Part shown: positions 27,919-40,403 of the stretch, one piece after another
Position numbering within the stretch: position 1 is the stretch's first letter
Layout of the letters: the number at the start of each line of letters is the position of its first letter
Virus record (IMG/VR): IMGVR_UViG_3300021399_000005
Location: 1 to 64,000 of that record
Length of the DNA stretch: 64,000 bases
Reading direction: 5' to 3' (one strand)
Origin: a virus
Lineage: Duplodnaviria; Caudoviricetes
Position numbers and translations under genes: made by a program
Notes under the pieces: generated by a model
The model's input: only the letters and a program-made list of their open reading frames with translations
Told to the model about the DNA's origin: nothing
Database searches by the model: none

Positions 27919-30078
27919 ATGGCTATATTAAAAGATTCTACAGTTACTGGTAATCTAAGAGTAACTGGAACTATATATGGGGATGTTCCCCTTGATGACT
28001 TAACTGGCGCAGACGATTTAAAAGCCATTGAAGATATAAGTGCAGTTAATGGTATTCTAAGAAAAACCGCTGCTAATACTTGGGAGTTGGTTAATACTGT
28101 AACTCCAAGCTCTCATGCGCACGGTAATATAACTAATGATGGAAAAATTGGAACAGAAGCAAATAAAGCTGTTTATACTGGAACTGGTGGTGTCGTAACT
28201 GCAGGAGTGTTGCCTGTGTCTGCCGGTGGAACTGGAACTACTGAAGGAGTTCTTTGAAATAATATTGGCGGCAAGCCTAGTAGCTACACCCCATCAAGTC
28301 ATGCGCACGGAAATATTTCCAACAATGGAGAATTAGCTACTGCTGATATGGCGGTTGTTACTGGTGCAAATAAACAAATTACTACTGTAAATTTAGCAAG
28401 TGAAGATCCTGATGCAGAAAGTACTACTTCAACGACTTTTATTGACACAATAAGTCAAGATTCACTTGGAAAAATAACTGCAACTAAAAAAACTTTACCC
28501 GCTTTACCTGTAGCTAGCACAAGTGTAGCTGGAATTGTAAAACTTGGAACTGGAGATAATGATGCAGCAACTGGAACTCATGTGCATAGTTATGCAGCTT
28601 CTAATAGTCCAGGAGGTTCTGCAACTTCCGCAATAGGTTTTGCAACAGCAAAAACAATAGCTTTAACAGGGAATGTAACTGGTTCAGCCACAGGTGGAAA
28701 TGGTAATAATGGATGGTCTATTGCTACGACAATAGGAAATGGCGTTGTAACCAATGCAATGTTGGCTAATTCTAAGATGACAATAGCAGGGAATGAAATT
28801 TCCCTTGGTGGGTCTTTAACTACGGCAGCATTAAAATCAGATTTAGGATTAAAAGCATTGGCATATAAAGATAGCCTGACTGCTAGTGATGTAGGAGCGT
28901 TACCGCTTACAGGAGGAACGCTAACAGATGCTTTAACATTAAGTGGGCCACCAACTGAAAATCTTCATGCGGCAACTAAGCAATATGTAGATGGAATTGT
29001 TGCTGCTAATGACGCAATGGTATTTAAGGGCACGCTTAATGGTGGTACTACTACAACATATACTCCAGCAGCTAATTGTGGAGATACTTATAAAGTAGCA
29101 ACTGCAGGGCTAATAAATGGTGAACGTGTTGAAGTTGGAGATATTTTAATTTGTATGGCAGATGGAGTTGTTCAAGCTACTTCTTCTAATGTAAATACAG
29201 TTAAAACAAGTTGAGCTATAGTTCAAAACAATGTAGATGGGGCAGTATTTAAATCAACAAATACATTTACTGATGGGCAAATTTTAGTTGCTGATGGAAC
29301 AAATGGAAAAATTAAAACTTCTGGTTATACTGTTACTAACGTTTTAAAATGACATTCAACCACAAGTAAAAGCACAGAATTATATGATTTTGGTTTTTAT
29401 GTGAATGCAAATGCTGCAGCAGGCACTGGTCCAACAGGTGGAAATTACTTTGCAGTTTTAAATTTTCCATATAGAAAAGCTGCCGGAAATACCAAAGCTG
29501 ATTGAGGGTGGCAGATTGGTGGAAGTACAGGAAATGATGGTAGATTACTTTATAGAACTACTGGAGATAATGTTTTTGGTAGTTGACAAGAAATTGCGCA
29601 TGCTCCGCAAGGTTCTAGCAATATAGGTAGCGCAACCCAGCCTGTATATATGACTTCTACTGGTGTTATTACAGCAGGTACTGCTTTAAAAGCTTTGGCG
29701 TATAAAGATAGTTTAACTGCAGCAGATGTGGGAGCAGCTACAAGTGGACATACACATACTACTTCATTAGCATCTGGAGGAACATCAACAGTCAATCTGA
29801 GTGCAAACACTGTATATACTTTAACTGCGGGAGGTACTTCAGTTGTATTTAAAACTCCAGCAGATAGTGATACTAAAAATACAGCTGGTTCAACCAATAG
29901 TAATGATAAATTATATTTGATTGGTGCTACTTCACAAGCAGCCAATCCGCAAACATATAGCGACGAACAGGTATATACAAAAGATGGACAATTAGATGCT
30001 AATAAGATTAGAGTTGCTGAAAATGTTACTTTAACATATAATTCTACAGAAAAAACTCTGGACTTTGTTTTTGCCTAG
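27919..30078 (+). CDS. Tail fibre protein 1, 719 aa (TGA=Trp)
   Basis: ORFs 27919, 28348 and 29650 are co-frame; SHAHGNI, LPLTGGTLT, HAATKQYVD fibre motifs. Confidence 0.8.
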
Positions 30079-30111
30079 ATTTTTGATATAATATAGAAAG
30101 GAGGCAAAAAT

Positions 30112-32580
30112 ATGAGTCTTAGAGTTTGACTTCCTCTTGATGGAAGTTTGGAAAATAGAGGTATTAGCGATATAGAAATTATTAATAATGGTGCAACCAT
30201 TGATAATAATGGAAAAATTGGAAAATGTTATAATTTTAATGGCAGTTCTTATTGTTATGAAAGTACTTATGATTGGAGTAATTTTAATACATCTGCTTTT
30301 TCACTGTGTTGTTGATATAAAGAACCAAGCCCAGTAGCTTCAGGAAATTCTCAAATAGTTTGTATAGGGACTTCTTCTGGATGAAATAATATTCGTATTG
30401 GTTTATTAAGAAGCACTTCTAGTGGATATCCGATGTTTAGTGTTTCAGATGGGTCTAATGCAATTAAGTATAATTTTACTGCCACTTCTTTTTCTTTAGA
30501 CACTTGAAATCATATTGCAGTAACTTATAATAATGGAACCCTGTCTATGTATATAAATGGGATTTTAGACAAAACAGAAAACACAACAATAATCCCTGTA
30601 TTAAATTCGTCTCAACATCTTGGAATAGGAAGTGCTTCTAATGGGGCAGAAAAATTAACTGGTTATCTTAATGATGTTCGTATTTATGACCATTGTCTTT
30701 CGCAAAAAGAAGTTAAAGAAATTAGTCAAGGATTAATATTGCATTATAAATTAGATATGCCAACTAATAATTTAATTTTAAATGGAAATATCCTTAAAGA
30801 TAGAGTTTATTGAGGCGATTGACGTAGTAGTTCTACTGGAAATGCGCAGCCAATTAGAAGTGTTGCAACTATTAATGAAAAAAAATGATTAAAAATAAAG
30901 ACAGATGGAGTTACTGGGGTTTGAGTTGGTTTTAATCAAACAAGTTATGAAAACGGATTTGATATAAATTTTAAACCAAATACTGACTATACAATTAGTG
31001 CAACAATGTATGCAACATCGGCAATAAATGGAAGGCTTTGATTTCATATGCGTTCTTCCGATGGTGGAGCAAATTTATCTCAACCACTACAAACTATTAG
31101 TTTAACAACAACTCCAACTCGATACTCCTATACTTTTAACAGTGGAACAAACGATTCATATAATATAAATAGATTTAATTTTATGATAGGTATTTCAAAT
31201 AACACTGCTGATATTGAAGCATATTTTACAGATATAAAATTAGAAGAAGGTAATATTGCAAGTGATTGAACCCCATGTTGTCAAGAAATGGGTATAGATA
31301 TTACTAAAGTTCCAGATTCTTCTGGTTATGGAAATGATGGAATTGCAATGAATTCTCCTTCTGTTGAGACAAATAAAGATTCCCGCTATGGTGTTTGCAC
31401 TACTTTTAATGGAAAAAATACCTATATTAATGCTGGCAATAATGTAAAACCTAGAGATGCACTTACTGTTGCTTGATGGGGGTATATGGACGATTGATCA
31501 CAGTTTTCAAAAATTTGCTCTTGTACTCAAGCAGGGGGTTGAAATATAAATTATAATTCTGCAAAACACATGCAGTTTATGCATGGAACAGGAGGAAGTT
31601 CAAACACTTATAAATATCTTGCTTTTGGAACTGCGCTTGCGGATTTAGCTTCTGGATGGCATCATTTTGTCGTTAGCTATGATGGACTTGAATCAAAGGC
31701 TTACTTAGATGGTGTTTTAGATGGATCTGCAACTGATTTTTCAACAAAAACACTGTTATTTTACCATGCCTCAAATTCTCTTTTAATTGGAGCTGAAGTT
31801 GGGACTGGTGTGTTACCAGAAGGTTCAGATTATTTTAATGGAAAATTATCAGATTTCCGTATTTACGCTACAGCGCTTAGCGCAGAAGACGTTGCGACAC
31901 TTTACCACACCTCTGCGCAAGTGGATGATTTAGGAAGTTTTCATGGGTTTGAATTAAAAGAAGAGTCTGGAAATCAATTTGCCACAGAAGAAATTATTAA
32001 AAATTCTGCTACTTCTGTGGAATGAGATAGTGAGAATAAACGATATATAATAACTTCTCCAGTTGGAACTTCAAGTTGAGGATATGGATTTAAAATAAAA
32101 GGTGATGTTGAAGACAATAGAAAAATTATTCCTTGAGGAAAAACAAGTATTTTTACTTTTGAGGTATATTCTCCAATTGCCACTATTGGGGCTACTGACT
32201 ATAATAATTATGCAATAGATAATTCTCAAACTGGTGGAAATGATAATGATGGAGCAAGAGGAACTGCTAACTTTGATATTCCTGCTAATATTTGAACTTT
32301 ATGCACTTTAAGTTTAACCAATAATAATTCAACAAAAAATCCTAATCAAGTTGCTCTTTATGATTGTTCTACTTTTGGACTTAGAACGAATGGAGTGTCA
32401 GAACCTTTGGTATGATATGTACGCAATCCACAATGATATTTGGTAGAAACAGAGAAATTTCAAGTGGAGCAAAATGGTGTTTTTATAACAAACTTTATTA
32501 AAGAAGATGATTTAAAAGATTATGTTTCTTTTAGAGATAATGAAAAAGCTGCTTGAGCAAATAATTTTATAGAAAAATAA
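30112..32580 (+). CDS. LamG domain tail protein 2, 822 aa (TGA=Trp)
   Basis: MSLRVW(TGA)LPLDG; paralogous to 25534; ends NNFIEK-TAA 32578-32580. Confidence 0.8.
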
Positions 32581-32597
32581 AGGAGGTCGGTGCGAAG

Positions 32598-34532
32598 ATG
32601 GCACAACTTAGGGATTCTATTATAACTGGTGACCTTCGAGTTACCGGCACGATATATGGAAATGTACCACTTAATGATTTAACTGATGCTGATGATTTAA
32701 AAGCTATTGAGGGATTATCGGGAACATCTGGCTGATTAAAAAAGACAGCTGCAAATACTTGGGCTTTGGGAACACTTGCTGCTTCTGACATACCAAATAT
32801 TGATGTAGGCAAAATAACAAGTGGTACTTTACCAATAGCTAGAGGTGGTACTGGTTTAACTGCTAGCCCAAGTATGTTAACAAACCTAGGAAGTACAACT
32901 GCCGAAAATGTATTGCAAGCATCACCTAGACCTGGTATCACTGGGACTCTTGGTGCCGCAAATGGAGGTACGGGGAAGACAACATTAAAAGATTCTGCTA
33001 ATGCATTAATTAACGCATTAGATACTGGAAGTAGTAATTTAACTTCAAATGACTATGTTATCACTCAATATGTTGGCGGTGGAACGGCTACAACAACCTA
33101 TCATCGCAGACCTGCTAGCGCATTAAGGGTAGGTGGATTGCTTACTGCAAGAAAATTAACAATTGGTTCTACTGGGAAAAATTTTGATGGTACTGCTGAT
33201 GTTAGTTGAACACTTGCAGAAATAGGTGCTGCAGCGAGTAATCATAATCATGATTCTACTTATGTTAATGTATCTGGCGACACTATGACAGGAGCGTTAA
33301 ATTTTGCAAATGGTACATATAATAACATCGGTGATGATGTTCAAATTGGAGATGTTAATAAAGCTGGTAGATTAGGTATAAAAGGTCTTAATGGTGCAAC
33401 TGGAATTGAATTTGTTCCATATTCTGGTTCAACATCACAAAGTTTTACAATTGATGGAAATAACATGGCAACATTAACTGGAGATATGACAATTACTGGA
33501 GATCGTATTAGATTTGGGAACGGCACTGCTGCATACTTAATTGCTTCTACTCCAGGTCGCACAGACAACGTTTTACTTGTTGGCGGAGGTAAAAAAGCAG
33601 CTGGAGATGTTAATGGTACTGCAATTAGACTTGGTGCAGGAGGTTTAACTCTTATCGGTGGTGGAGAGTATGCAAATAATAGATATAATGTTGCAGACTT
33701 AAATGACGGAACTGAACAACTGTATCTTGGTTCTGATACAAATGTTTATATAGAAACAAATGCACAAACAATAGAAAGTAGGAAAACGTTTACCTTTGAT
33801 TCAAATGGCATCTTAACCGTTCCAAATGGGGTTTCTTCTCCGGCAATTGAGTTAAGTGGTATGTCAACGTCTGCAAACAGTGGTGGGTATATTGATTTTC
33901 ATTGAAATAACAGTTCAGATGATTTTACGAGTAGAATTATTGAAAACGCTAATCACTCACTTCAATTTAGAACAAATCAAATGCAGCTATATGGAACAGG
34001 TTCTTTTTTAATTGCGAATTCAGCAATTAATGCTTCTCTTGCAAATAATAATGTTTCATCTGTTCAATATCCAGCCTTTTATATTACAGATAACGCTGCA
34101 CGAGTTATAACCAGATTAGAAAGTATTATTTGACCGAATGGAGATATAGGTTCTCAATGATATATACGTAATTATAATACTTCTGGCACTTCTGTTGCGC
34201 AAAAGGGTATTAAAATGGTAATGAATAAGTCAGGCACTTTAACTTGAACTGTTGATGAAGCAGAAAATTTTAGAACTGCAATAGGATCGCCAGAAAAATC
34301 TGTATTGCAATCAAATGCAACCGCAAATAAGTGAAGAAAAGTTACACTTGGCTCTCAATATTTTGACAACATTAATGGTACCGTTACAGAACAAACAGGT
34401 CAACTTTATATAAATTCTCAATTAGAATTTAATACTTCTGCTGGAACTTTAAAAGCAACTGAATATTCGGTAAATGGCAACGCAACTCTCCAATATAATT
34501 CAACTACAGAGTCATTAGATTTTGTTTTCTAG
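32598..34532 (+). CDS. Tail fibre protein 2, 644 aa (TGA=Trp)
   Basis: MAQLRDSIITGDLRVTG is paralogous to the 27919 N-terminus; LPIARGGTG and 'FDGTADVSW(TGA)TLAEIGA' motifs; ends LDFVF-TAG. Confidence 0.8.
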
Positions 34533-34592
34533 GAAAGATTTGTTCTTTCCTAGAAATTTATGTTATAATTTAAGAAAAGGAGGGTTGCTATT

Positions 34593-37118
34593 ATGGCATT
34601 AAAAGTTTGATTGCCTTTAAATGGCAATCTTAAAAATATTGGAACGGATGGTGGAGAGTTAACAACTTCACAGACAAATATATGAAATGATAATGGGAAA
34701 ATAGGAAAATGTCTTTTAGGTAATGCACAGGCTTCTGCTACTTTTCCTAGCTTAATAAATACTACAAATTTTTCAATTGCTTATTGACTTTACATTGATT
34801 CTTCTTTAGCAATTCAAAATTGATACGATATTTGAAATGTTTTTTGCACGATTGGAAGTACAAGTGCAAATATTAGAGATGAATTTAAAAATGCTGCAGG
34901 AGTGCATCAAGTGTTGATTGGAAAAGACACTACTGTAGGAGGTAATACTAATAATTATTATGGTCTAGGAGTGAGTGATTCCAATGCAAAAGATAAGTGA
35001 GTACATATCACAATAGTAAAAAGTAATTCAGATGTAAAAACATTTATAGATGGAGTTTTATCTAATACAATAATAAACTCAAATTTTGAAAATTCTCCTC
35101 AAAAATTAACAGGGAAAATTACACTTGGAAATATGACCACTAGTACAGCTGCAAGAATAAATGATTTTCGTGTTTATGACCATTGTTTGTCTAAATTAGA
35201 AGTTAAAGAGGTTGCGCAAGGGTTAATTTTGCATTACAGATTAGATGGCTTTAATAGTGGAGTTGGAGAAAATCTTCTTCTTGGTAGTAGAATGGACTAT
35301 ACTCCTATTAGCACTGGTACTAATTATACTGCAGATCCAATAAGATATTATAATACAAGTAGTTCTAATTGTATTGTTGGAAATGGACAGGCGACTATTT
35401 TGCTCAATAGTACTAGTAATTTAGGAATTGCTTTTGAGAGATTAGCAGAAGAAATAGATTTAGATACTTCCTCTTATTATACGTTGTCTTGTGAAGCAAA
35501 ATGCACTCAAGAAAATGCTTATTTAGCAACTGGACTTAGTTATTATAAAACTACAGATGCTGCAGTCTGGAGAGGTGGCACAAACAAAAAAGCTTTTACC
35601 TCTATAACAGATTGACAAAAGTTTTCTTTAACTTTTAAACCAGATGCAGATACAAAAGCTATTTGTTATTGTTTTACTGTTAATGGGCTGTCTAATGGAA
35701 CAGAACATTTTTATCTCAGACATTGTAAACTAGAGAAGGGGTCTGTTGCAACTAAATGAACTCCTTCTATTGAAGAATTTGGCAAAGATGAAATTAAAAT
35801 TGTTGATTCTTCTGGCTATGATAATAATGGTTTTTTAGTAGATGGAACCAATGAAATTATAGAAGTTGATAATGGCAGATACCAAGTGTGTACTAATTTA
35901 CTAGGTACAACCGTAGATTTAACTAGTAATACCATTACTGGGGCACAATATTTATATGCTCCATTTAAAATGCCAGCTTGAACTGCAATAACAGTAGCAT
36001 GATGAGGAAATAATATTTCTTATGGTAGAGGCGGAATTTTTGAAACTACAGGAACTACTGGTAATATATGAGAAGGTAGTGATTATAACACAACGGCAAT
36101 AGCAAATTGAGATTCAAATTTTGGAATTTATAATGGTTCAGCAAGAATTAATATTTTTAATAATTTTGTAAAAGATTCGACTTGACATCACCATGCAATT
36201 ACTTTTGATGGAACAAATGTAAAGTATTATTGTGATAGTATATTAAAACAAACCTCTGCTTTAACTGGAACTTTACCTGCAATTACAGGATTTAAAATGG
36301 GTTTAGGTAGAGCTGGAGGAGTTTATCGACAAATTAAGCAAAAACTTAACGATCTTCGTATCTATACTACGGCACTCTCTGCAGACGACATTTTTGCTCT
36401 TTACAAGACCTCTGCGCAAATCGACAAATCAAAAGCTTTCCATACTTTTGCAATATCAGAAAATAGCGATAAGGCAATTAGAAAAAATGGAATTACAGAA
36501 ATTCAAAATATATCTGAGTTTGATGCTCTTTCTTATTTAAAATATGACCCAAATCTTCATATAGAGCCAGATGGTAGCGTATGAGTTCATATATATCATC
36601 ATAATCATCCAGATTTAGGCTCTTTTGCAAGCACAGACACTTTCGCTGCTTCAGTTAAAAAAGATGAAAATAGATGGTTTAATGGAACTCAAGTCTGTAA
36701 TCAATTAAATAAATGAGAGTTTTTAATTAAATATGCCTTTACAGAAGGTGGAATAGAATATAAAGAGCGTTGGATTCAAACTAAAAATCCAGAAAATGCG
36801 GTTTTTGGTGATGTAGATGCCGCAGACATTACACGAATTACTGGAGATGGGTATAAAACTGGTACGTGAGGTGGATTATATAAGAAGAATTCTAATGCCT
36901 ATTGGATAATGAATGATGGTAGTAGTGGTCACTGATATGGTGCTACTGGAAGTTTTTCAATTTATCAAGGTGGCATTCCTGGATATGGAGGAACTGTCAC
37001 AACAACAGGATATAATGATTTATACGTAAGAATTGACAATGTTTTATCTGTTGTGTCTACAAATGGTAGAATTACAAAAAATGGAATTTTAATAGGTTCT
37101 AATTTTATAGAAAAATAG
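34593..37118 (+). CDS. LamG domain tail protein 3, 841 aa (TGA=Trp)
   Basis: MALKVW(TGA)LPLNG; paralogous LamG motifs; ends SNFIEK-TAG 37116-37118. Confidence 0.8.
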
Positions 37119-37131
37119 GAGGTGTTGACTT

Positions 37132-38610
37132 ATCGCAGTTTTAAAAGACACTTTAGTTGCAGGTGATTTATCTGTAACTGGTAATATATATGGAAAACGA
37201 TCTAATCTTGATAATAATTTAAATTATTTTACTTGCGCAACGGCGGCTGGGACGGCTGCCAAAGTAGCAATCGCAGAAAACCCCAATTTGAATAGTCTTG
37301 CTCTTATCGCTGGAACAACTATTTTTGTAAAATTTACCAATAATAATACAGTAGCTAATCCAACTTTAACTTTACATAAATCAGATGGCACCACTGTTTT
37401 AGCTTCTGCAGAAAAAATTATGCGCTATGGAACTACTACAGCTTCAACTAGTTCAGCAACCTCTTGAAGACCTGGTGCGGTAGTAGGACTTACTTATGAT
37501 GGAACTAATTGAATAGAAGTTACTGCTGTTGATGACAATTCTAATACCTATGATCGAGAGTATGCTGGTGGATATCCTTTTTTAGCAGGAACTGGAGGTC
37601 TTCAAAATTATTGTCTTTGTATGATAAATAAAGACCAAAAATTGTCTGCGTTTACTACTACAGCAGGAACTGGAACAAGTAAAACCAAAAATACGGTAGG
37701 TTTTTTACCTTCTCCTCAAATTTTTTATTATAGTGCAAATGGAACTTTAGCTGCCAATGCACGAGTTGGGAATAACACAGTTTACACCTCTTTTCCTTTT
37801 GATTCAAGATATTCTTTAAATGCAACTGTTGGTTATAATAACCCTTTGTATATTGTTTTTACCCAGGGAACAGATGGTTATTTGTATTTAGATAGCCCTT
37901 GATATGCAACCGCCTTGCCTACATCTGATAATGGAAAAATTTATTGTCTTGCTGGATATTGCTATAGCAGTAATAATTATTCTGTAGACCTCTTTCATTA
38001 TAACCCAATGTTTATTTATAAAAATGGGGCAATTAGATTATATTCTGGATATGCAGAAACAGCTCATAAGGCAAGTTCTCCAGAATCTACAGACGCGGTA
38101 TTAAGAAATATTGGGTATGGATCTTCTTCTCCTTCTGGAGGAGTAAATGGAGACGTTTATTTTCAAATTGGAGATGAAAGCTTAAAAACAACTTTATTAA
38201 ATCTTTTTTATCCAGTAGGAAGTATATATATGAATTATAGCAATTCAGCAAATCCTGGAACTTATTTAGGAGGAACTTGAGTTGCAATTAATAATGTATT
38301 TTTGTTAGCAGCAGGTGATAGTTATGCTGGAGGAAGCGAAGGTGGTTCTACAACACACACTCATGGACATGGTAATTACAAAGCTGCAATTGGTGCAACT
38401 GGATCCGATAGCAGCGCAATTGGATATGTAGCAAGTGATATAAGTTCAGATTCAGACGCACCAACAGCCACAAGTGCATATACAATTCGTGGTACAGTAA
38501 CATCAGGAACGCGAAGTTTTAACCATTATACACCAGTTTATGGAACAAGTAGTTCTGGAGGAGCATTACCTCCATATCGAGCAGTTTATGTTTGAAGAAG
38601 AACGGCTTAA
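37132..38610 (+). CDS. Tail fibre protein 3 with terminal 'YPVGSIY...PPY.AVYVWRRTA' domain, 492 aa; apparent ATC start (TGA=Trp)
   Basis: ATC-GCA-GTT-TTA-AAA-GAC aligns with MAILKD of its paralogues; AGGAGGT just upstream; ORFs 37621, 37915 and 38302 are co-frame; TAA 38608-38610. Confidence 0.7.
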
Positions 38611-38616
38611 AAAATT

Positions 38617-38667
38617 TTTGGACAATTTTAGTTCAAGAAATTGATGGAAGTTCTAAATATATATGAG
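38617..38667 (+). promoter_or_regulatory. Candidate phage late promoter (TTTGGACAATTTT-N24-TAAATA.A.ATGA)
   Basis: Same bipartite motif with identical spacing occurs on the - strand at 55791-55840, upstream of the TGA-containing homing endonuclease. Confidence 0.45.
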
Positions 38668-38716
38668 GTTGAGTAGATCAACCTGGTTTGCTAAAAAGAA
38701 AGAAAGAGGGAATAAT

Positions 38717-39064
38717 ATGTATAATAATCCATATCAACCTTATATTAACTCTTTTATGCCTCAAAGACAAGAGGTTGTAAGAGTTAATGGTCGAAATGGT
38801 GCTAATGCTTATCAAATGGCTCCAAATAGTAGTATTTTACTTTTGGACGAAACTGCACCAGTTATTTGACTAAAAACAACTGATGGAGCTTCATATCCTA
38901 CCATAACGGGATATACTATTACCCCATTGGAAGAAGAATTATCAAAAGACAATACTTATGCTGAATTAGAAAATAGAATTGCTAAATTAGAAGAGGTAGT
39001 GAAGAACAATGAAAAATCCAATGTTAAATCAGTTAACAAAACCGTCATTAAACAACAACAATAG
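38717..39064 (+). CDS. Hypothetical protein, 115 aa (one TGA=Trp); first gene of a five-gene accessory cluster
   Basis: MYNNPYQPY..VVRVNGRNGANAYQMAPNSSILLLDETAPVIW(TGA)LKTTDG; ends TAG 39062-39064. Confidence 0.75.
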
Positions 39065-39227
39065 TAATAATGAGGTATTTCAAAATCTTTTAGCAAAAAA
39101 TCCACAAATAAATATGCTTATAAATCAATATGGGAATGGAGACCCAAAAACTGCTTTTTATGAGTATGCTAGAATGACAGGAAGAGATCCCGACTTAATT
39201 TTAAATATGATTAAAAAAATGTTGTAG
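39009..39227 (+). CDS. Small Asn/Gln/Met-rich hypothetical protein, 72 aa
   Basis: GAGGT RBS; ORF track; overlaps the previous gene. Confidence 0.65.
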   Translation: MKNPMLNQLTKPSLNNNNSNNEVFQNLLAKNPQINMLINQYGNGDPKTAFYEYARMTGRDPDLILNMIKKML

Positions 39228-39274
39228 GATAAAAGATCTTTTTAGCAAACGAATAAAAAGGAGGAGTTTAAAAG

Positions 39275-39913
39275 ATGGAAAACGGAAGTTTAAGCGCGAG
39301 CGATGTTGCTCTGTTAAACGGTAGAGACAGTCTTGACATGTTTGGTGGAAATTCTATGATGTGAATTTTTGCCCTATTAATTTTAGCCGGAGGAGGCTTT
39401 AATGGCTTTGGTGGATACGGTCAGCAATATGCGACCTCAGCTGAAGTTCAAAGAGGATTTGATACTCAGAATTTACAGACACAGACGTCAGGTATTTTAA
39501 GTGCTGTTAATGCAGGAACCGCACAGGCAGTAGCAACAACTAATCAGACATTCCATGATACTCTTAGTGCATTGAGTGATAAATATTCAGAGCTTCAGAG
39601 AGATATTGGAGGTTTAGCTGTTGGTCAAGCTGGACTGTTAGCCAAAGAAAACGAGTGCTGCTGCAATACTTTAAGAGCTATTGATGGTGTAAACTATAAT
39701 AATGCTATAAATACAGCCGCCATTAATGCTAACACAACAGAACAGACACAAAAAATCTTAGATGCTATTACTGGAAATAGAATGGCAGATATGCAAAATC
39801 AAATTAATCAGCTTCAAATGCAGCAAGCCATGGCGGGGGTAGTTCGCTATCCAAACGCTAGTACCTATTATGCTGGAACAAATCCGTTCTGTTCTTGTGG
39901 AAACAACCTTTAA
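39275..39913 (+). CDS. Membrane-anchored Gly-rich/coiled-coil protein with CCC motif, 212 aa (one TGA=Trp)
   Basis: AGGAGG plus ATG 39275; 'MMW(TGA)IFALLILAGGGFNGFGG', 'ECCCNTLRAID', 'QKILD..MQNQINQLQ'. Confidence 0.8.
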
Positions 39914-39924
39914 TTGGTTAAACT

Positions 39925-39957
39925 AAGGGGAATGGATTTATTCCATTCCCCTTTTTT
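39925..39957 (+). terminator. Intrinsic terminator
   Basis: AAGGGGAATGGA-tttat-TCCATTCCCCTT plus T run. Confidence 0.75.
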
Positions 39958-40002
39958 AAATTTTTAATAAAGAAGGATATAGGTAAGGGAGGTTTATTAA
40001 AA

Positions 40003-40401
40003 ATGCTTGAAGTTTATTCTAAAAATTTAACAACAACAACGGGAGAATCAATTTCTCTTAATAATATTGCATTATTAAAAGGAACAAGTGCGCAAATTAT
40101 AGGATCAAATACAATTCAATTAAATAAATGTGGAATTTACGAAATTACAGTAACAGACAATGTGGTTGGTAGTGGAACAGGAGAAATTATAGTACAGATG
40201 CAAAAAAATGGTGTTCTTCAGCCACAAGCTATTATGTCAACTGCAGCAACAGGACAAACAAATATGTCTTTTTCAACTTTGGTTCAAGTTCCACAAAATA
40301 ATAATATCAACTGTCCTTGCTCAATTCCTACCACAATTAATTTTGTAAATACTGGAATTGAAGCAACCCACTCAATTGATGTTATTGTAAAAAGGATTTA
40401 A
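40003..40401 (+). CDS. Beta-sandwich protein (BclA C-terminal/C1q-like appearance), 132 aa
   Basis: GGAGG RBS; 'IQLNKCGIYEITV' strand pattern; CPC motif. Confidence 0.6.
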   Translation: MLEVYSKNLTTTTGESISLNNIALLKGTSAQIIGSNTIQLNKCGIYEITVTDNVVGSGTGEIIVQMQKNGVLQPQAIMSTAATGQTNMSFSTLVQVPQNNNINCPCSIPTTINFVNTGIEATHSIDVIVKRI

Positions 40402-40403
40402 TT

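Noticed and set aside
25534-38610. Diversity-generating retroelement or invertible shufflon acting on the fibres
   Set aside because: No reverse transcriptase, recombinase or near-identical TR/VR pair seen in this window; the paralogues are broadly diverged
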